Assembly (NCBI RefSeq): GCF_037042905.1
Contig: NC_087257.1
Coordinates: 25,234,001 to 25,298,000, forward strand
Length of the DNA: 64,000 nt
Direction of reading: 5' to 3'
From: Lytechinus pictus
Taxonomy: Eukaryota
How positions within the stretch are numbered: position 1 is the first letter of the stretch; each line of letters begins with the position of its first letter. The position numbers and the translations under genes were made by a program. This document shows, in pieces, positions 37,101 to 49,400 of the stretch. Below the pieces are notes generated by a model. The model was not told where the DNA came from, made no database searches, and was given only the letters and a program-made list of their open reading frames with translations.

Positions 37101-40100
37101 TATAAGGCCTTATCTACTTGAAACAAATAAAACATTGATGGGAGATGATTAGATAATTTTGAATGGCACATATATTTTTTTATGAGGGCGCCGTTGAAAA
37201 TCAACCAGTGAAAACTAGTGACAAAATGAGTTATGAGGATTGTGCTCAGGCCTTCTATAATAGATAAAATTTATATACATACTCTTTCACGGTTGGTTTT
37301 ATCATAGAACAAATTAGCATTCATGTGGTCTTTGATGATTGTATATTAATACGCCTATCTTATTACATGAAGTTTATTTATAATTTAACGCTCTTTAACC
37401 CCCTACCCCTTCCAGCAATTCATCTCTTTTGTGGTAGTGTTCTTCATCATCAGTATCCATCGTATTCACGCCCATAAGGACATGGTTAAAATCATCATCG
37501 ATTTGCACAAGGGAGAATACTACCTCATGAAGAAGGGCGAACTAACATACAGAGGCTTGCTACACAATATTTACATCAGACTGATTGGCCAAAATAGTGG
37601 TAAGCACTTGCGTAGACTTGTTTAACGTAGTAGCTGTTTAACCCTAAAAGGGTTGGGGCATCATGCCCCCCCCCCTCGACGCTTCGTGCGATATTTCCGA
37701 AACGCAAAAAGATAGCGCCGCAAATTTTTGAGACCATATTCGCGACATATTGGTAATAGCATCACGACGCCACGTGACTTTTTACAATGCCGTAAATGAC
37801 CCATTTTATACTTTGTGTATAAATTTGTACATTTTATTCATAATAAATAAAAATACTTATTTTCAGAATTAGTTTTTTTTTATACTTGTAGTTTATGTGG
37901 CAAAGAACGTGCGTGCCAAATTTCGGCGCGATCGTCTGAACGGCGGCCGAGATCAGAAGTTGGCCATCATGCCCCCCCCCCCCAGTCCTCAATACTTCTC
38001 AAATAGCCAAGTCCTTTTAGGGTTAAGAAAGGAAGTGTTTTTCAAAAGTGTACTTATAATCAGATGATCTTCAACCAACAACCGCGTAGCCAGGATTTCA
38101 TTTTGGAGGGGGCGGTAAATGCACGCGAAGCGTGCCAACACTTACAGAGCGCGCGAAGCGCGCTCCCTAGGGGGTGGGTGCAGGGAGGGGGAGTTTCCCC
38201 CTCCCGCGCGAAGCGCGAAGCTTTTGGTGTTTCATAAATTAAAATGAAAAGGAGCCGTCTCTCTTGTCTCTAGTACCTATATCAACTCCAATTCAGTTGA
38301 CTATATTGCGATTTGGAACCTTGTTTCCATGAACCTTGTTTTCAAAAGTGATTGTGAACGCACACAAAATAATAACCCCGCGCGAATCGCGGAAGCTGAA
38401 GCGTTTTATCAATTTTTTTTGCCATGAAAAGGGTCCCGAGTAAAGGTTATTCTCAATGATATATTGAATACTTCCCTTGGAAAGATCAGATTTCATTATA
38501 AACAATTTAGCGACAGTGCATATCTTTAACTCGCAAAACAGAGGAGAAGTGTATATGCCGGGAGGAAGATATTCCTCCCCGCGCAGAGCAATGAAACTCT
38601 GGAATTTCAAAGAGCGGACGTTTCATCAAATGCAGATATCTCTAATACCCCATCGGCTCTAATTCAATTGATTTTCTAAGATTATTGAACTTCATTACAA
38701 GGAAAATAGTGCGCAAAAAGTTGAAACTTCTGTGATTTATTGAAATTATATAAAAAAGGATGCCTAATTTCTTTGACTTATCCTGAAGTGCTTCATTTTG
38801 AGTTATAAAGAAACTTAAGTGTCATTCAAAATTTCAAACTGAGGGCGCAAAACAGGACAGGAGATGAATGTGCAGGGAAATGACATGAAGTTTAATAGAA
38901 TTTGATAAAAAAATATTGTTCTTTTTTAGTTAATACGACACGAATTTTATACCTTCCTCTTTTAAAATTAGGAACCTGTTTGCCCCAAAATTATGGTTGT
39001 TTAGTAATTAGCTGAAAAGTGGGAGAAGTTGACTTTATGGAGATGATGGCAGAAATTGATATAAAGATTTTACCCGAGCCGACCCGACCAGAAGTTGCGC
39101 GATCAATTAAAAAAAATAAGATAACTTCATATACTTCGGCCTAACCTTACTCTAATTCCATGCCCTAATGTATACGTTTGAACTTTAACTGGCAAGAAAC
39201 ACATATAGCTGAGGTAGAAAAACAGGGTTGGGAAACAATGGAGAACTTCAGTATTGTCATTTAACCGCGCGCAGCGCGGAAGCAAAATTCATATATAAAT
39301 TCAGAGCAAGAGTTTCTCTTTTGAGAAAAAAATAAAGAATAAAAAGAAAAAAACACAAAGCTACCTTTCTTCCCTTTCCTCCCTTTCCTTTCCTTTTCTC
39401 CTCTCTTTTTTCCCTTCTTTTTTTTTCTTTTTGGGGACGTTTTTTTTTGGGGGGGGGGCGACCGCCCCCATCGCCCCCCCCCTGGCTACGCGCCTGTCAA
39501 CCAAGAGTCCTCCTTTGACTGGTGTAATGATATGATATATTTTGTTAATGAAAAAAAAGAAGAAGAAAGAAAGAAAAAAGGGGAAAGGTATACAGTCACC
39601 TAAAGTTTGGGACCAAAGAGGGCACGTATCCCACCTCCCTCCGCCCCTTTACACTTCCTCTGTTTCCGCGCCTGATGTATTGTCACTAGGCGAGTTTATT
39701 GATGAAATTTGAAGTGGTTATCGTAAGCTCTACTCAACTGCCATCCAATTAGAATGCAGTACTGATATGACGTCGTATGCGTTCTTAAAGTGCACATGTT
39801 GTTTAATTATTTTTATTTATTCATTTTTTTAAGAGGGTGGGCATTCAGGCCATATCAATTTGTTATTCGTATATCTCTATGGTTAAGGCTTAAGACCATG
39901 TCGTATAGCATCCAAGCTAGCTCCGCATCAAAACTGCTGAAGTGTACAGTGCGTCCCCAAAAAAACGAAACCAAGATTTATCGATGATTTATCATATCTT
40001 AATCACAAATAAAATAGACAAATGACCTACCATTGTAAAGCTTAGAATCTCCTCTTTCATATAAAATTAATTAGTTTAATTTTCATTCACGCATGAGTGA

Positions 40101-42573
40101 GCAAAAACAACTTGAAGAGGGGATACCAAAAAGTCATTTGGCGGGCCGTATCTGGGTTTCAAAAAGAAAACCACATTTTTAAAAAGTTCAATATCTGCTC
40201 TTTAATTTGATACCTCAATTACAGAAAATGGTCAAGAAATAACAAAGTTCTGGTTATTTGAAATAAGGCTTGAATTTCAATAATTTCATAAAATGAAGAG
40301 GTTTTACAGGCTAGCGTTCAAACTCACTCGACACTCCGTTTTGTTGACGATCAGCCATGCATTAAGTCTTTTGTTAACCGTGCGATTGCGTCTGTGGGAA
40401 ACCGGTGAAAACACGTTTATTTAATGAAATTTGGAAATACAAGCATTGTTTCGAGGGAACATAACTTTTTTACTTCTTGACCATTTTTGTGATTAAGGTA
40501 TCAAATAAATGAGCAGATATTGAACTTTTTAGGCATGTGATTTTCTTTTTGAAATTCAGATACCCCCGCCAAATGAGTTTTTGGTATCCTTTCTTCAAAT
40601 TTGCTCACTCATGCGTGAATGAAAAATAAACTAATTAATTTCAGATGGAAGAGGAGATATAAGCTTTACATTGATAGGTCATTTGTCTATTGTATTTATG
40701 ATTAAGTTATGATAAATCATCGCTAAATGTCGGTTTCGTTTTTTGTGGGACGCACTGTATTATCCGGGCCTAATTGCTGCTTACTGGTGGTAGCTGTTCA
40801 CCTGCAATGCTAGTGACAAAGTCATCCATGAACAGAATGACTGTCTTCTTTATTGTTTCCGTTCGCTCCAGGTTCTGGTGAAATTTTCTTTAAAATTGTT
40901 TTGAACGGTCACGACCTTGCGCCTCAAGATTTAACCTCATCAGCGGTTCGAAAAGATGTAAGTAAAGTATATACCCATATCCATCTTTCACTATTCAGGC
41001 ACTTCCTGATCGAGGTATTTGAGTTGTTTAATGTGCTATCAATTCAATCTGAAATGAAAACGTGCTTCCATGGGGAAATGAAAATAACATTTTTTGGGGT
41101 TATATTTTTGTACTTTATCACTATTTGATTTTGTGTTTGATTCATTCGCAGTTTAGGAATGCTGTAGTATCACCTTCAGTTTAAAGAACCCAAATTAAAA
41201 GGAGAAGCAATAGTCCATTTTTAATCACACTATTGTTGTCTATGCGTTTTTATTGTTGTTATTTCACTTTAAAATGTCTTCTTGTTTTCTTTATTACACA
41301 GAAGCTAGAAAAATTGGGCCGTCGATTGGCAAATCGTCTAGGAATAAATTATTTTGACTGGACAGACAAATCTACACATCATATCCTTTTTACACTCATG
41401 TATTAAAAAATAACTTTAAAGGGATGTTAAACATTGAATGACATCATGTTCTGTCTATTTAGGTTAGGTCCTTTAGTTAATATTGCGGCATGAAAAACGT
41501 TAATATTGATTAGGTATACGCTTCATAGATTTCAAATCAATAAATTTAGACAGAACTTCCTTAATTGATACTTTATTTTATTGTCATTTTCATCGCTCCA
41601 ATCAAATACCCTTTTATTTCCCTCTTTGTATTCCCGCTGCGTACTGCCATGAAGGCATAGAACTGAATTCGTGGGAGTTATTGTTTTAATCTTCAACTAA
41701 TTGAGGGATATGGGCCCGGTAGCATAAAGATATGTGGTGAATGGCATATATGAAAAAAAAAACATTATAAAACTCAGTGGGATTTCTTGGTCAGTCTTTT
41801 TAACAAAGTGCGTATGCAACAATAATTTTGATTGGTCATGGCATTTAGTGACGTACCGTAACCTTTATGATACGAGCCCAAATGAAAACTTTATCATATA
41901 CATGTATCTGCATCGAATCGCTATACAGAGTGAGTCAGAAAAAAAGTGTCCAATTCGCTTTAAATTGTCTTGTATGAAGTATGAAAATGTAATCATTGAT
42001 TGATTTATAGGTTCCCTTAGAGTTATTCTCTCTGCATATTTCGTTTCCATTTGCATGTGGATATTTGCATGCATGACTGACTACGAGACAGTATCCAGGA
42101 GGTCGTAAAATCACGTAGTCAGTCATGCATGCAAAGATCCATCAGAATATGGTACCAAAATATGCAGAGGCAACGACTCTACCAGGGCATATCAATAAAT
42201 CAATGACTAAATTGTGCATATTTCACACAAAATAACTTTAACCGATGGGACAATATTTCTGACTCACTCTGTAGTTACAAATTACTTTGCGCATGACTGA
42301 TGACCCTTTCTTGTTAAATGATAAATTCATTTGTAGCTAACTTAGCAACTAAGATCATGTACCAGTCTTACGGATTTTTTTTTGTGGGGGGGGGGGGGGG
42401 GCTTGAGGAGACTTGCCACCCCCTACCCCGACGCAGAGCACTGTATTCATTTTTATGAATCTTAATTTAGGATTCCTTGACATATTATATGTTGTGCACA
42501 TGTTATTCGACACCGTTCACCCTACGCTTCTAGGTCGACCAGCACAATCAGCAGTGGAGATAGTGCTCTGTAA
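31112..42573 (+). CDS. TMEM249: TMEM249 / CatSper auxiliary subunit theta homolog; exons 31112-31238, 36608-36711, 37416-37599, 40872-40957, 41302-41380, 42500-42573 (217 aa)
   Basis: Phase-consistent 654-nt CDS: MKKEIVGIFGTWDLNFWSRPEDVFREKLEENHIHPFTETGPN-RFEYEYRSRWFSIFLIAIILEVLGVSMWYAWGNPG-QFISFVVVFFIISIHRIHAHKDMVKIIIDLHKGEYYLMKKGELTYRGLLHNIYIRLIGQNS-GSGEIFFKIVLNGHDLAPQDLTSSAVRKD-KLEKLGRRLANRLGINYFDWTDKSTH-HVIRHRSPYASRSTSTISSGDSAL*. It is colinear with recalled human TMEM249 motifs (PE..L..N..PF...PN.F..EY; two TMs; GPLHLVYVRL; FFHLVLGGH; LGRYIARKLNINYFD...S.RHVVRH). Confidence 0.85.
31705..32553. mobile_element. Non-autonomous Tc1/mariner(pogo)-type element nested in a Harbinger-like MITE (about 31638-32627)
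   Basis: TA|CCGTATGGGTACTAGTATTCAACCCG ... CGGGTTGAATACTAGTGCCCCTACGG|TA. Outer TIRs are ggggcccgttgc / gcaacgggctcc, flanked by cag. Confidence 0.75.
33067..35996. mobile_element. 2.9-kb non-autonomous TIR element (TA-flanked) carrying nested insertions
   Basis: TA|CACAACAAAAAAAGTAAGTCCCCCC ... GGGGGGACTTACTTTTTTTGTTGTG|TA. It contains a 140-bp tandem duplication (33110-33389), a CAGGGG...CCCCTG MITE (33556-33719, TSD TATTG) and the 34202-34900 palindrome. Confidence 0.75.
34202..34900. mobile_element. Palindromic (foldback) element, IS3EU-like termini
   Basis: TATGAGGCGCCG...CGGCGCCTCATA; 6-bp TSD CATAGG (34196-34201 / 34901-34906); arms mirror each other around 34551; internal 31-bp tandem units. 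Confidence 0.85.
36082..36380. mobile_element. Head-to-tail dimer of a Harbinger-like MITE
   Basis: Two related units gg...gtttcatcaaca...tcatgaaac(a/g)ctccc joined through cag, each carrying gttac(c/t)atagtaac and gattggc. A related copy lies at about 48066-48225. Confidence 0.7.
37642..38022. mobile_element. piggyBac-like MITE
   Basis: TTAA|CCCTAAAAGG ... CCTTTTAGGG|TTAA. Confidence 0.8.
38079..39496. mobile_element. Non-autonomous hAT element
   Basis: 8-bp TSD TCAACCAA (38071-38078 / 39497-39504); TIR CAaccGCGTAGCCAGG / CCTGGCTACGCGCCTG; gcgcgaagcgcg subterminal motifs. Confidence 0.85.
39947..40757. mobile_element. Tc1/mariner-type foldback MITE
   Basis: TA|CAGTGCGTCCC ... GGGACGCACTG|TA, with imperfect inverted arms of about 300 bp. 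Confidence 0.85.
41381..42499 (+). other. U12-type (minor spliceosome) AT-AC intron in TMEM249
   Basis: 5' end ATATCCTTT (41381), branch site TTCCTTGAC (42473-42481), 3' end ...TGCAC (42499). Splicing restores the conserved H-H-V-I-R-H motif. Confidence 0.88.
41926..42271. mobile_element. Tc1/mariner-type palindromic MITE inside the U12 intron
   Basis: TA|CAGAGTGAGTCAGAAA ... TTTCTGACTCACTCTG|TA, imperfect foldback. Confidence 0.85.
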
Positions 42574-44250
42574 TCATCATTTTGATTTTGGCGACGAAAT
42601 CGCAGCAGTGGGCAGATACAGGCTCACAATAATTGAACGTGGTGTAAAATCAACGATTTGTGAAGAGCGCCATCTCGTGACAGATATATGTTTAATGATT
42701 TCTTGATAAAATCATGCTCGTTGTAATTGTGATTATTCGGAGTAAATTAGTACACCACCCCTATCACCCGGCCCGTGGCTCGTACCAAAAACTAATTCAC
42801 GTTAATTTACTTGGGATCCCTTGAAATATACCTATTCAACGAAATCTAAATGATTTCATTGATTTTAAAACCTATAGCCTTGCCTATAGTCTCCTCTCTG
42901 TCTTCTTGTCTTTCCTTTCAAGTTGGCCTAATCATGGCCTGATCAATTCAATGATGAGACTTCATTTAAAATGAAAACTCGAGAAATATTTTGTCCAAAC
43001 ATTAAAGTATTCTGGATTATTAAAACAAGTTTTGTGTGTGAATTTATTTTCTTTTGCCTCCATTTTTTTATTGATATGATACATAATTATTTTCCCCCAA
43101 TTTTAAATATTTTTTAAAATAATCTTACATCATTTTGTATTTAGACTGTTAGCGACTTTTCTACTGATTCCATCAATCTTTTGCATTATTCTTGAAATTG
43201 CATCACTTAGCTTTGAGCCTATACTCTCAAAATTATCAATAATTTTATAGAATTTCTAGAGAAATAGAAGATTTTTGTAAAAATATATAAATGGCAAGGT
43301 AAGTAATATTTTGATAAGAAGCTTTCTACATGCATTTTAATAAGTAACTTGTATCAAGACATGTCCCTCTGAAAGGATATTTCTTTTAAGTAGATTGTTT
43401 TTAAGCGTGCATAGCCCTCCATGTCCATTGCATTATCCGCAACTCATTTTTTTCTGTTTTTATTATAACAAATTGAAATAAATCACAAAATTTACAAATG
43501 ATTATTAGGTGATTGCAAATCACATAAACACAAGTTAGTTACACAAAAAAGACAAAATAACAACCATAATAAAAAAAAACCTACCCACTTATCCTCCCCC
43601 ACCCCCCAAAAAAAAGAAATGTGGCAAAGTGATGACTTAATATCAGCGTTATCTAAACAAAGATAGGTGATTTGGTAAATAAAGTAGACAAAACAAAATA
43701 TACAAGCTATGATTATAACATGGTTTCACAACAACTATTGATAGGATTAAAAAACACAACTGGTTATTCAAGACGACATAATTATGGAGGTTTTTAAACG
43801 AACAAGTATATCAAGGAAACTGAGATACAAGTTGCATCATTATTTCTTCCTTTACGAAATCAACTTCATGTCTTTATGACAAAATACATCTTTTTCATAA
43901 TGTACAATATGAATATGAACATGCAAAATTAAAAATTATCATTTGAGCAAATGAAGATTCTCCCAATTTGGACGCAAACAAGATAAGAGGGAAGTAGAAT
44001 ACAGACAAAATAATGAATGAGATATTGAAAGGAGAGTGTAACGGAGAAAAGATATGCTAGAACGGAAACGGTCTTGGGGAAAAAGAGAGACAGTGGAAAA
44101 GAGATAGAAATAAATTGAGACGTAAGAAAGAGAGAGAGAGAGAGAGGGGGGGGGGGGGGAGTAGTGGGAGGGGGCAGAGCAAGGAGAGAGAGGGGATGAA
44201 AATGCATGGGGTGACATGAAAGAGGGTTTGGTATAGGTTTTCAAATTATG

Positions 44251-44600
44251 GAGGTTCCGTGGCCGAGTGGGCTCAGCTCAGGTGCCTGACTAGATACTTA
44301 AAGTCCCCCACGGTCCGAGCATGCCGAGGTTCGATCCCCGTCCATGGCACTTGAAGCGACACGACATTTACCCCGGTCTTAGTATTGCTCAGTTGGCATA
44401 GAGATGGGATGTAATAAAGTTTTTGGTTTAGAATATTCTGTAAAGATAATGATTAATGTTTATTTAGTTTTAGACGTTAAGATTATGTTTGGCTTTAAAG
44501 ATTTTCCGTCGGAGCAATTGTCGCCGGGGTATTGGAACCGCCCTTGAGCAAGGCATTTAATCAAGAGAGCTCTTTTCTATACAAGCATTTGGGTGCACTT
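44251..44600 (+). mobile_element. tRNA-derived SINE, interrupted by another insertion
   Basis: A-box TGGCCGAGTGG (44260-44270), B-box GGTTCGATCCC (44328-44338); the SINE body motif cccttgagcaaggca resumes at 44541 after about 190 bp of unrelated sequence. Confidence 0.65.
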
Positions 44601-44739
44601 GGTTAAAAAAAGATAGTTTTGTTGTTTATTATGGAATGGGTGGTATAGGTTTAAAAAATGTTTCCTGATATGTGTCTCACATAAATTCCATTATGAAATG
44701 GGAACCGTCCATCGTCTTTGCCGTTGTCGATCTGTTATT

Positions 44740-44917
44740 GGGGGTGTTGCAATTGCAAGTCTATTCTCAGTTCCTAAATCATTCATAACTTGTAATTTGT
44801 GATTGATTACTGGTCTGATTCTTGGAAAAGGGAGTGTATTCTGATTTGCTATCGATAAAAATGGATCTATTAATAAAAATTGCAATAGAATATTTGCAAT
44901 TGATTGCAAACACCCCC
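44740..44917. mobile_element. Small MITE
   Basis: gggggtgttgcaa ... ttgcaaacaccccc terminal inverted repeats. Confidence 0.55.
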
Positions 44918-46305
44918 TAACAGTATACAGGCCGGTCGGCGTCATGTGTGGGTGGGCAAGACGGTCGAAGTTAATGGGACATCATAATTTATTATCAATA
45001 TTTTTGCTCAATATAGGTATAATACAGAGAGAGGTAAACGACTCTAACCTCTAATTTGTATGCACTTTTTCTTTCTTTCTCAATTCCCTTTCACTCTCTT
45101 TGTTTCTCTCGTTCTGTAGCCCCCCTTCACTTATTGAAAATCAGAGGGGGCGACCAACATGCTGCCCCTAAACCGTTTGGCCCCGCCCCTGTCTTCTTAC
45201 CTGGAATCCTTTCATTTTTCTGAATATTTATTTTTCGTCATGATCTTTGTCAAGAAAACACAAAGAACCTGAACCCCCTCTGCAGTCTTTGTTCTGGTCT
45301 GTCAAGATTATAGGATTTCATTTCGTTTCCGGTATTCTGAAAGTGAGTCCCAAAACAAAAAACCGCGTAAATATTAGAGGGATGTGTCATAATACCCTAA
45401 ATATAAACAACCACTAATGTTGTTTATCTCTTTATTTCAGTTGAGTGTCTCGGAGAAATCGAGCAATGCAAAAAAAATGACTCATGCGAGCCTTCGAGGC
45501 CACAACGCTCACACAACGCACACGCAGAATACTTTACAATACGATACCACCACAGTGAAGTGGTGCAGTCTTGCACCCCCAGCTCTTCCATTGGTATACT
45601 AGCACACTGCGCTATCTCTGCACACCGCGACCACCCCATTGGATGCATGTAATCACCTGTACAAAATATCGCAGTGGCTCAATACAGATTACAGGAGATG
45701 TGATGTCTTGCCTTTGGAAGTTCGTCGAATCGCAGTTTACTCTGAAATACTAAATTTCCTTGAACGGATTTCATCTCTGTACATTGCAAGGATAATAATT
45801 AAGGATACACACATTCAGCAGCTGGTTGTCGAACGGAATTTCTCCGAACGTGATTTTTATGATAGGCGGGGTCTTTTCATCGCAACGAGCGAGCTCTTGC
45901 AGACGGGTGGCTCGGGTGAAGCTGTCGGTCAAAAAGCGGTAGTATATTTTTTCCGGTTTGCACGTAAACAATCTTTGACAAGTAAAGTGGATCAAATTTC
46001 ACTGGCATAGTTAGCTTGTTCCTGAATTTTTCAAAGCAGTACTCATGTTTAGTATTCTCTGAGTAACTTGTTGATTATCGCTTCCAGTTGCCAAATCATA
46101 ACCAAGGATATATGATTAGTGAGGAGGAAGGGAAAGAGACAGCCCAAAATCCTGTACGAGAGAAGTAGTACAACGAGTGTGGAATACCCCTTGGCTTGAC
46201 GTGTACGTCTTCTGTGAATATACACACAGCTGCATTGAAATATTTATCATGGCAAACATTTGTGGATTTTTACCCCGAAGTTGTGGTCAAGTCGACTCTA
46301 GGACT

Positions 46306-46463
46306 ATGGCTCGCTTTCTGCTTTTGTCATTTTATGCCATTTTATCGTTGGATAGTACTGCAGGATTTAATTTTGATCTGAGAGCACCGTTGAAATTTAA
46401 CGGACCGGATGGAAGCATGTTCGGTTTCAGTGTAGCGCAGCATCGAGATGGAAACACAGATTG
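46306..46463 (+). CDS. Integrin alpha subunit, coding exon 1 (signal peptide plus start of the beta-propeller); the gene continues past a >17 kb intron
   Basis: MARFLLLSFYAILSLDSTAG|FNFDLRAPLKFNGPDGSMFGFSVAQHRDGNTDW followed by the donor TG|GTAAGT. The FNxD...GSxFGFSV signature marks integrin alpha chains and resembles my recollection of the sea-urchin alphaSU2/alphaP N-terminus. An upstream in-frame ATG lies at 46249. Confidence 0.88.
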
Positions 46464-49400
46464 GTAAGTTATCATGCTTTTTAGCATCATCTCATCTCTC
46501 TTTTAATTAGACAGCTGGCAGCCGTCTGTTTCGAGGAGTTTTTCAACATTTTTTTATTTTTAAAATTTCTCCTCATACACAGACGGCTCGCTAGCGTGTC
46601 GCCACCATTAGGGGAGGTACAATGCAAATTCCCCCCGACGGGGCTCATCGATTTTTGTCTTTATTTCATAAATATATATGAAAATAAATGGACAAATATG
46701 CGAATTAATGTTCCCTCTTGGCATTAATTGCCAAAAACGAGGGAAAAATAAAGTTAAAAGGAGAAAAAACAGCGACTTACCTCGGCTGTCGTGTAGCTCC
46801 TAGTTCACTCGTTCATCCGAAGTAGATATAACACACAAACATATGCCATTGGAAGAACTTCCGGGTCAACTGCGTATCAAAACCATTGGCCAATCAGATC
46901 ATCTGTTTTACGTCGGGTTTATGAATACTAAAATTCTAGATGGTTTTTTTTTTCATTTTCCATTATCTCTTTCTCTTTCGTTTTCTCTCTTTTTTGTTTT
47001 ACTTTTCTTTTTAATTTTTATTTCCCCTTTTTTCTTTTGTTTCTTTAACTGCTCCTTTCTTTCCCCTTCTGTAATGTGTGACGTAAGGTCATGGGGCGGA
47101 GTCTGACTTTCGTCGGCCACTTTTTCATGAATTATTCATTACCAAGATGGCTGCCCACTAGTCCGAGTCGCAAGTGTCAATTTCAGAGTTAATCCCCTGA
47201 TTGCCAGTTTTAAAGCGGGAATTTAGGGTAAGAAACTGTCGTTACTTATACATTTTCAGCTATAGGTGCATATGTATGAACTTTTGGTGGAAAATATCGC
47301 GGTATCGAGGAGAAAAACAAGAAATTAGCGGTGGCCATTGAGCCCCTGTACAGACGACGGTTTAACTTCGGTCTATGTACATGTATTTGGTGAGTGGAGC
47401 CAACGTAGTTCAGCGGAACAACCAACATAACAGAGACCGAAGCTTTTGGTCTATCTTTTAATGAGAAACATATTATTAATTGGATAATCTAATAAGTCAT
47501 TACCAGACCCCTAATCATGATTTTGATTCAGACACATGTGAGACCAAGAATGCTAAAAATTGTTTAATATTGTAATTTGCACATGTATGTACAACTGTAT
47601 GACCCCCACCCCATGCAACATATCTCACTACATTTTGATTTATGATCAAGTGTACTGTTAAAGGAGTGTCTCTGATTACATTCATAATTATTAATGTGAT
47701 GGTAATATGTTGAAAGTTACACTGGTACCCATAATGGTATTAAATTGTCAATTCTCTTGTCTTTCCGTTATTCTTCAAAAAAAATGATGACTTATTTGCA
47801 ATAAATTAAACACCTGCATTGCAGTGAAGCCATGTTCAATTGTTATCATTACGCATATGACTTTAGTCAATGGACTTAAAATAATGAAAGGCATAAGTTC
47901 TGGTCATCGGATTGTGGAATAGGGAACTACATGTATTGAATGCATCTGAAAAGAATAGGGCCTACATGTACATGTGTACATGTAGGGGCCCTAGGCCCTA
48001 CACAGTACACACTACGCTGTAAAATTGTTCAAATCACCAAAATAATCAGGAATTTACATGCATCTGGGGACCGTGTCATGAAAGTTGTCAGCACTGACAA
48101 GTTGATTTTTCTCTGGCAGTTACCATAGTAATAACAGTCAGAGGCCAGTGCCTCTCAGCCAATCAAAACCAAGGATTTCACTGAAATTGTCAGCATTGAA
48201 TGACAACTTTAATGAAACACCCCTGGTGCATACAATGCAGTACATGTAAAACTCCTTGATGTATAGGAGCACATTGAGCACCTATATACATGTAACAATG
48301 TACAATGTAGATACATACATGTATATGCGCTATCCAAAATCCCCTATAATATATTTACATAGTATGTGTGGGACTACATACTTTTCGACATGGATATTCT
48401 CTTCATATTTGTCATATTCTGAAAAAAAAATGTTTGAGGCATCTGATGATCTGGGAATAGCATTTCAAATTTTCAATGCAGTATGATTGGACTATTTAAT
48501 CCTCCTACATGTATATATATTCTTAAATACAAGTTTAGTAAACATGAAATGAACTTGAAATGCACAGCAGTCAGCAGACCCAAATCTTGAATAATAATGT
48601 GATTTTTTTTAATTCACTTTCTCAACATCAGGAATTCCCTTGTGAAGTCATGTATTGTTTTTTTTTAATGAATTATTGTGGGCTAATTGATAATAAATAT
48701 CACATTATATGATTTATTTGTGTATTTGTGCCCCAGCCAGATTGGTGCTTACAAATTTTGATGCACTTTAAGACAAGAACTTACTCCACTACTACACTAC
48801 TTTCTACAATGCACTGAACATACGGGTTATTGCATTGTGTCTCAAGTTTCTTCACTTTCTCAGATTTCTGTCTCTTGAATACCGGTAGATCTTCTTATTG
48901 TGGTCACTGTGAGTGAATACATGTCATGTACATGTGACATGATACATGAGAAATATACACAAGCTTTATTATCATGTTTCACTTTAGAGGAAGTTGACAT
49001 TGTTGTTGTTATTGTTACTCACCTTGCAAGTTGTGTTCATGCCAGATATCGTTCCCCTGATCAGGATACAAAGGAATATCATTTTCAAAAGTACATGCTG
49101 GTGTTGCTGTTAGAATTTATTTACTGGTACTTTCTTATTATTGTTAATAAAAGTTGGACTGTCCTTCATCATGAGGCACATTTGCTGGCTTATTCCATAC
49201 GAAGAACTTTGCCTCTGTCCATCATGCCAGATGATACCTTGACCTCAAACTTGTCAAAAATGGTACAGATACAGTATACATGTACGATTACCCCTGGTAG
49301 ATACGTACATGGTGTACCTGTAATTGCAGCCCGAATTGCAGTTTATGGCATTGTAATGTAGGCCCTACATGAACAGCTATTCATGAACATAATTATATGA

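Noticed and set aside
41381-41406. TMEM249 stop codon at 41404-41406
   Set aside because: The U12 signals and the downstream HVIRH exon indicate this stretch is intron in the main isoform.
44251-44350. tRNA gene
   Set aside because: A and B boxes are present, but I find no convincing cloverleaf or acceptor stem, and a SINE body motif follows.
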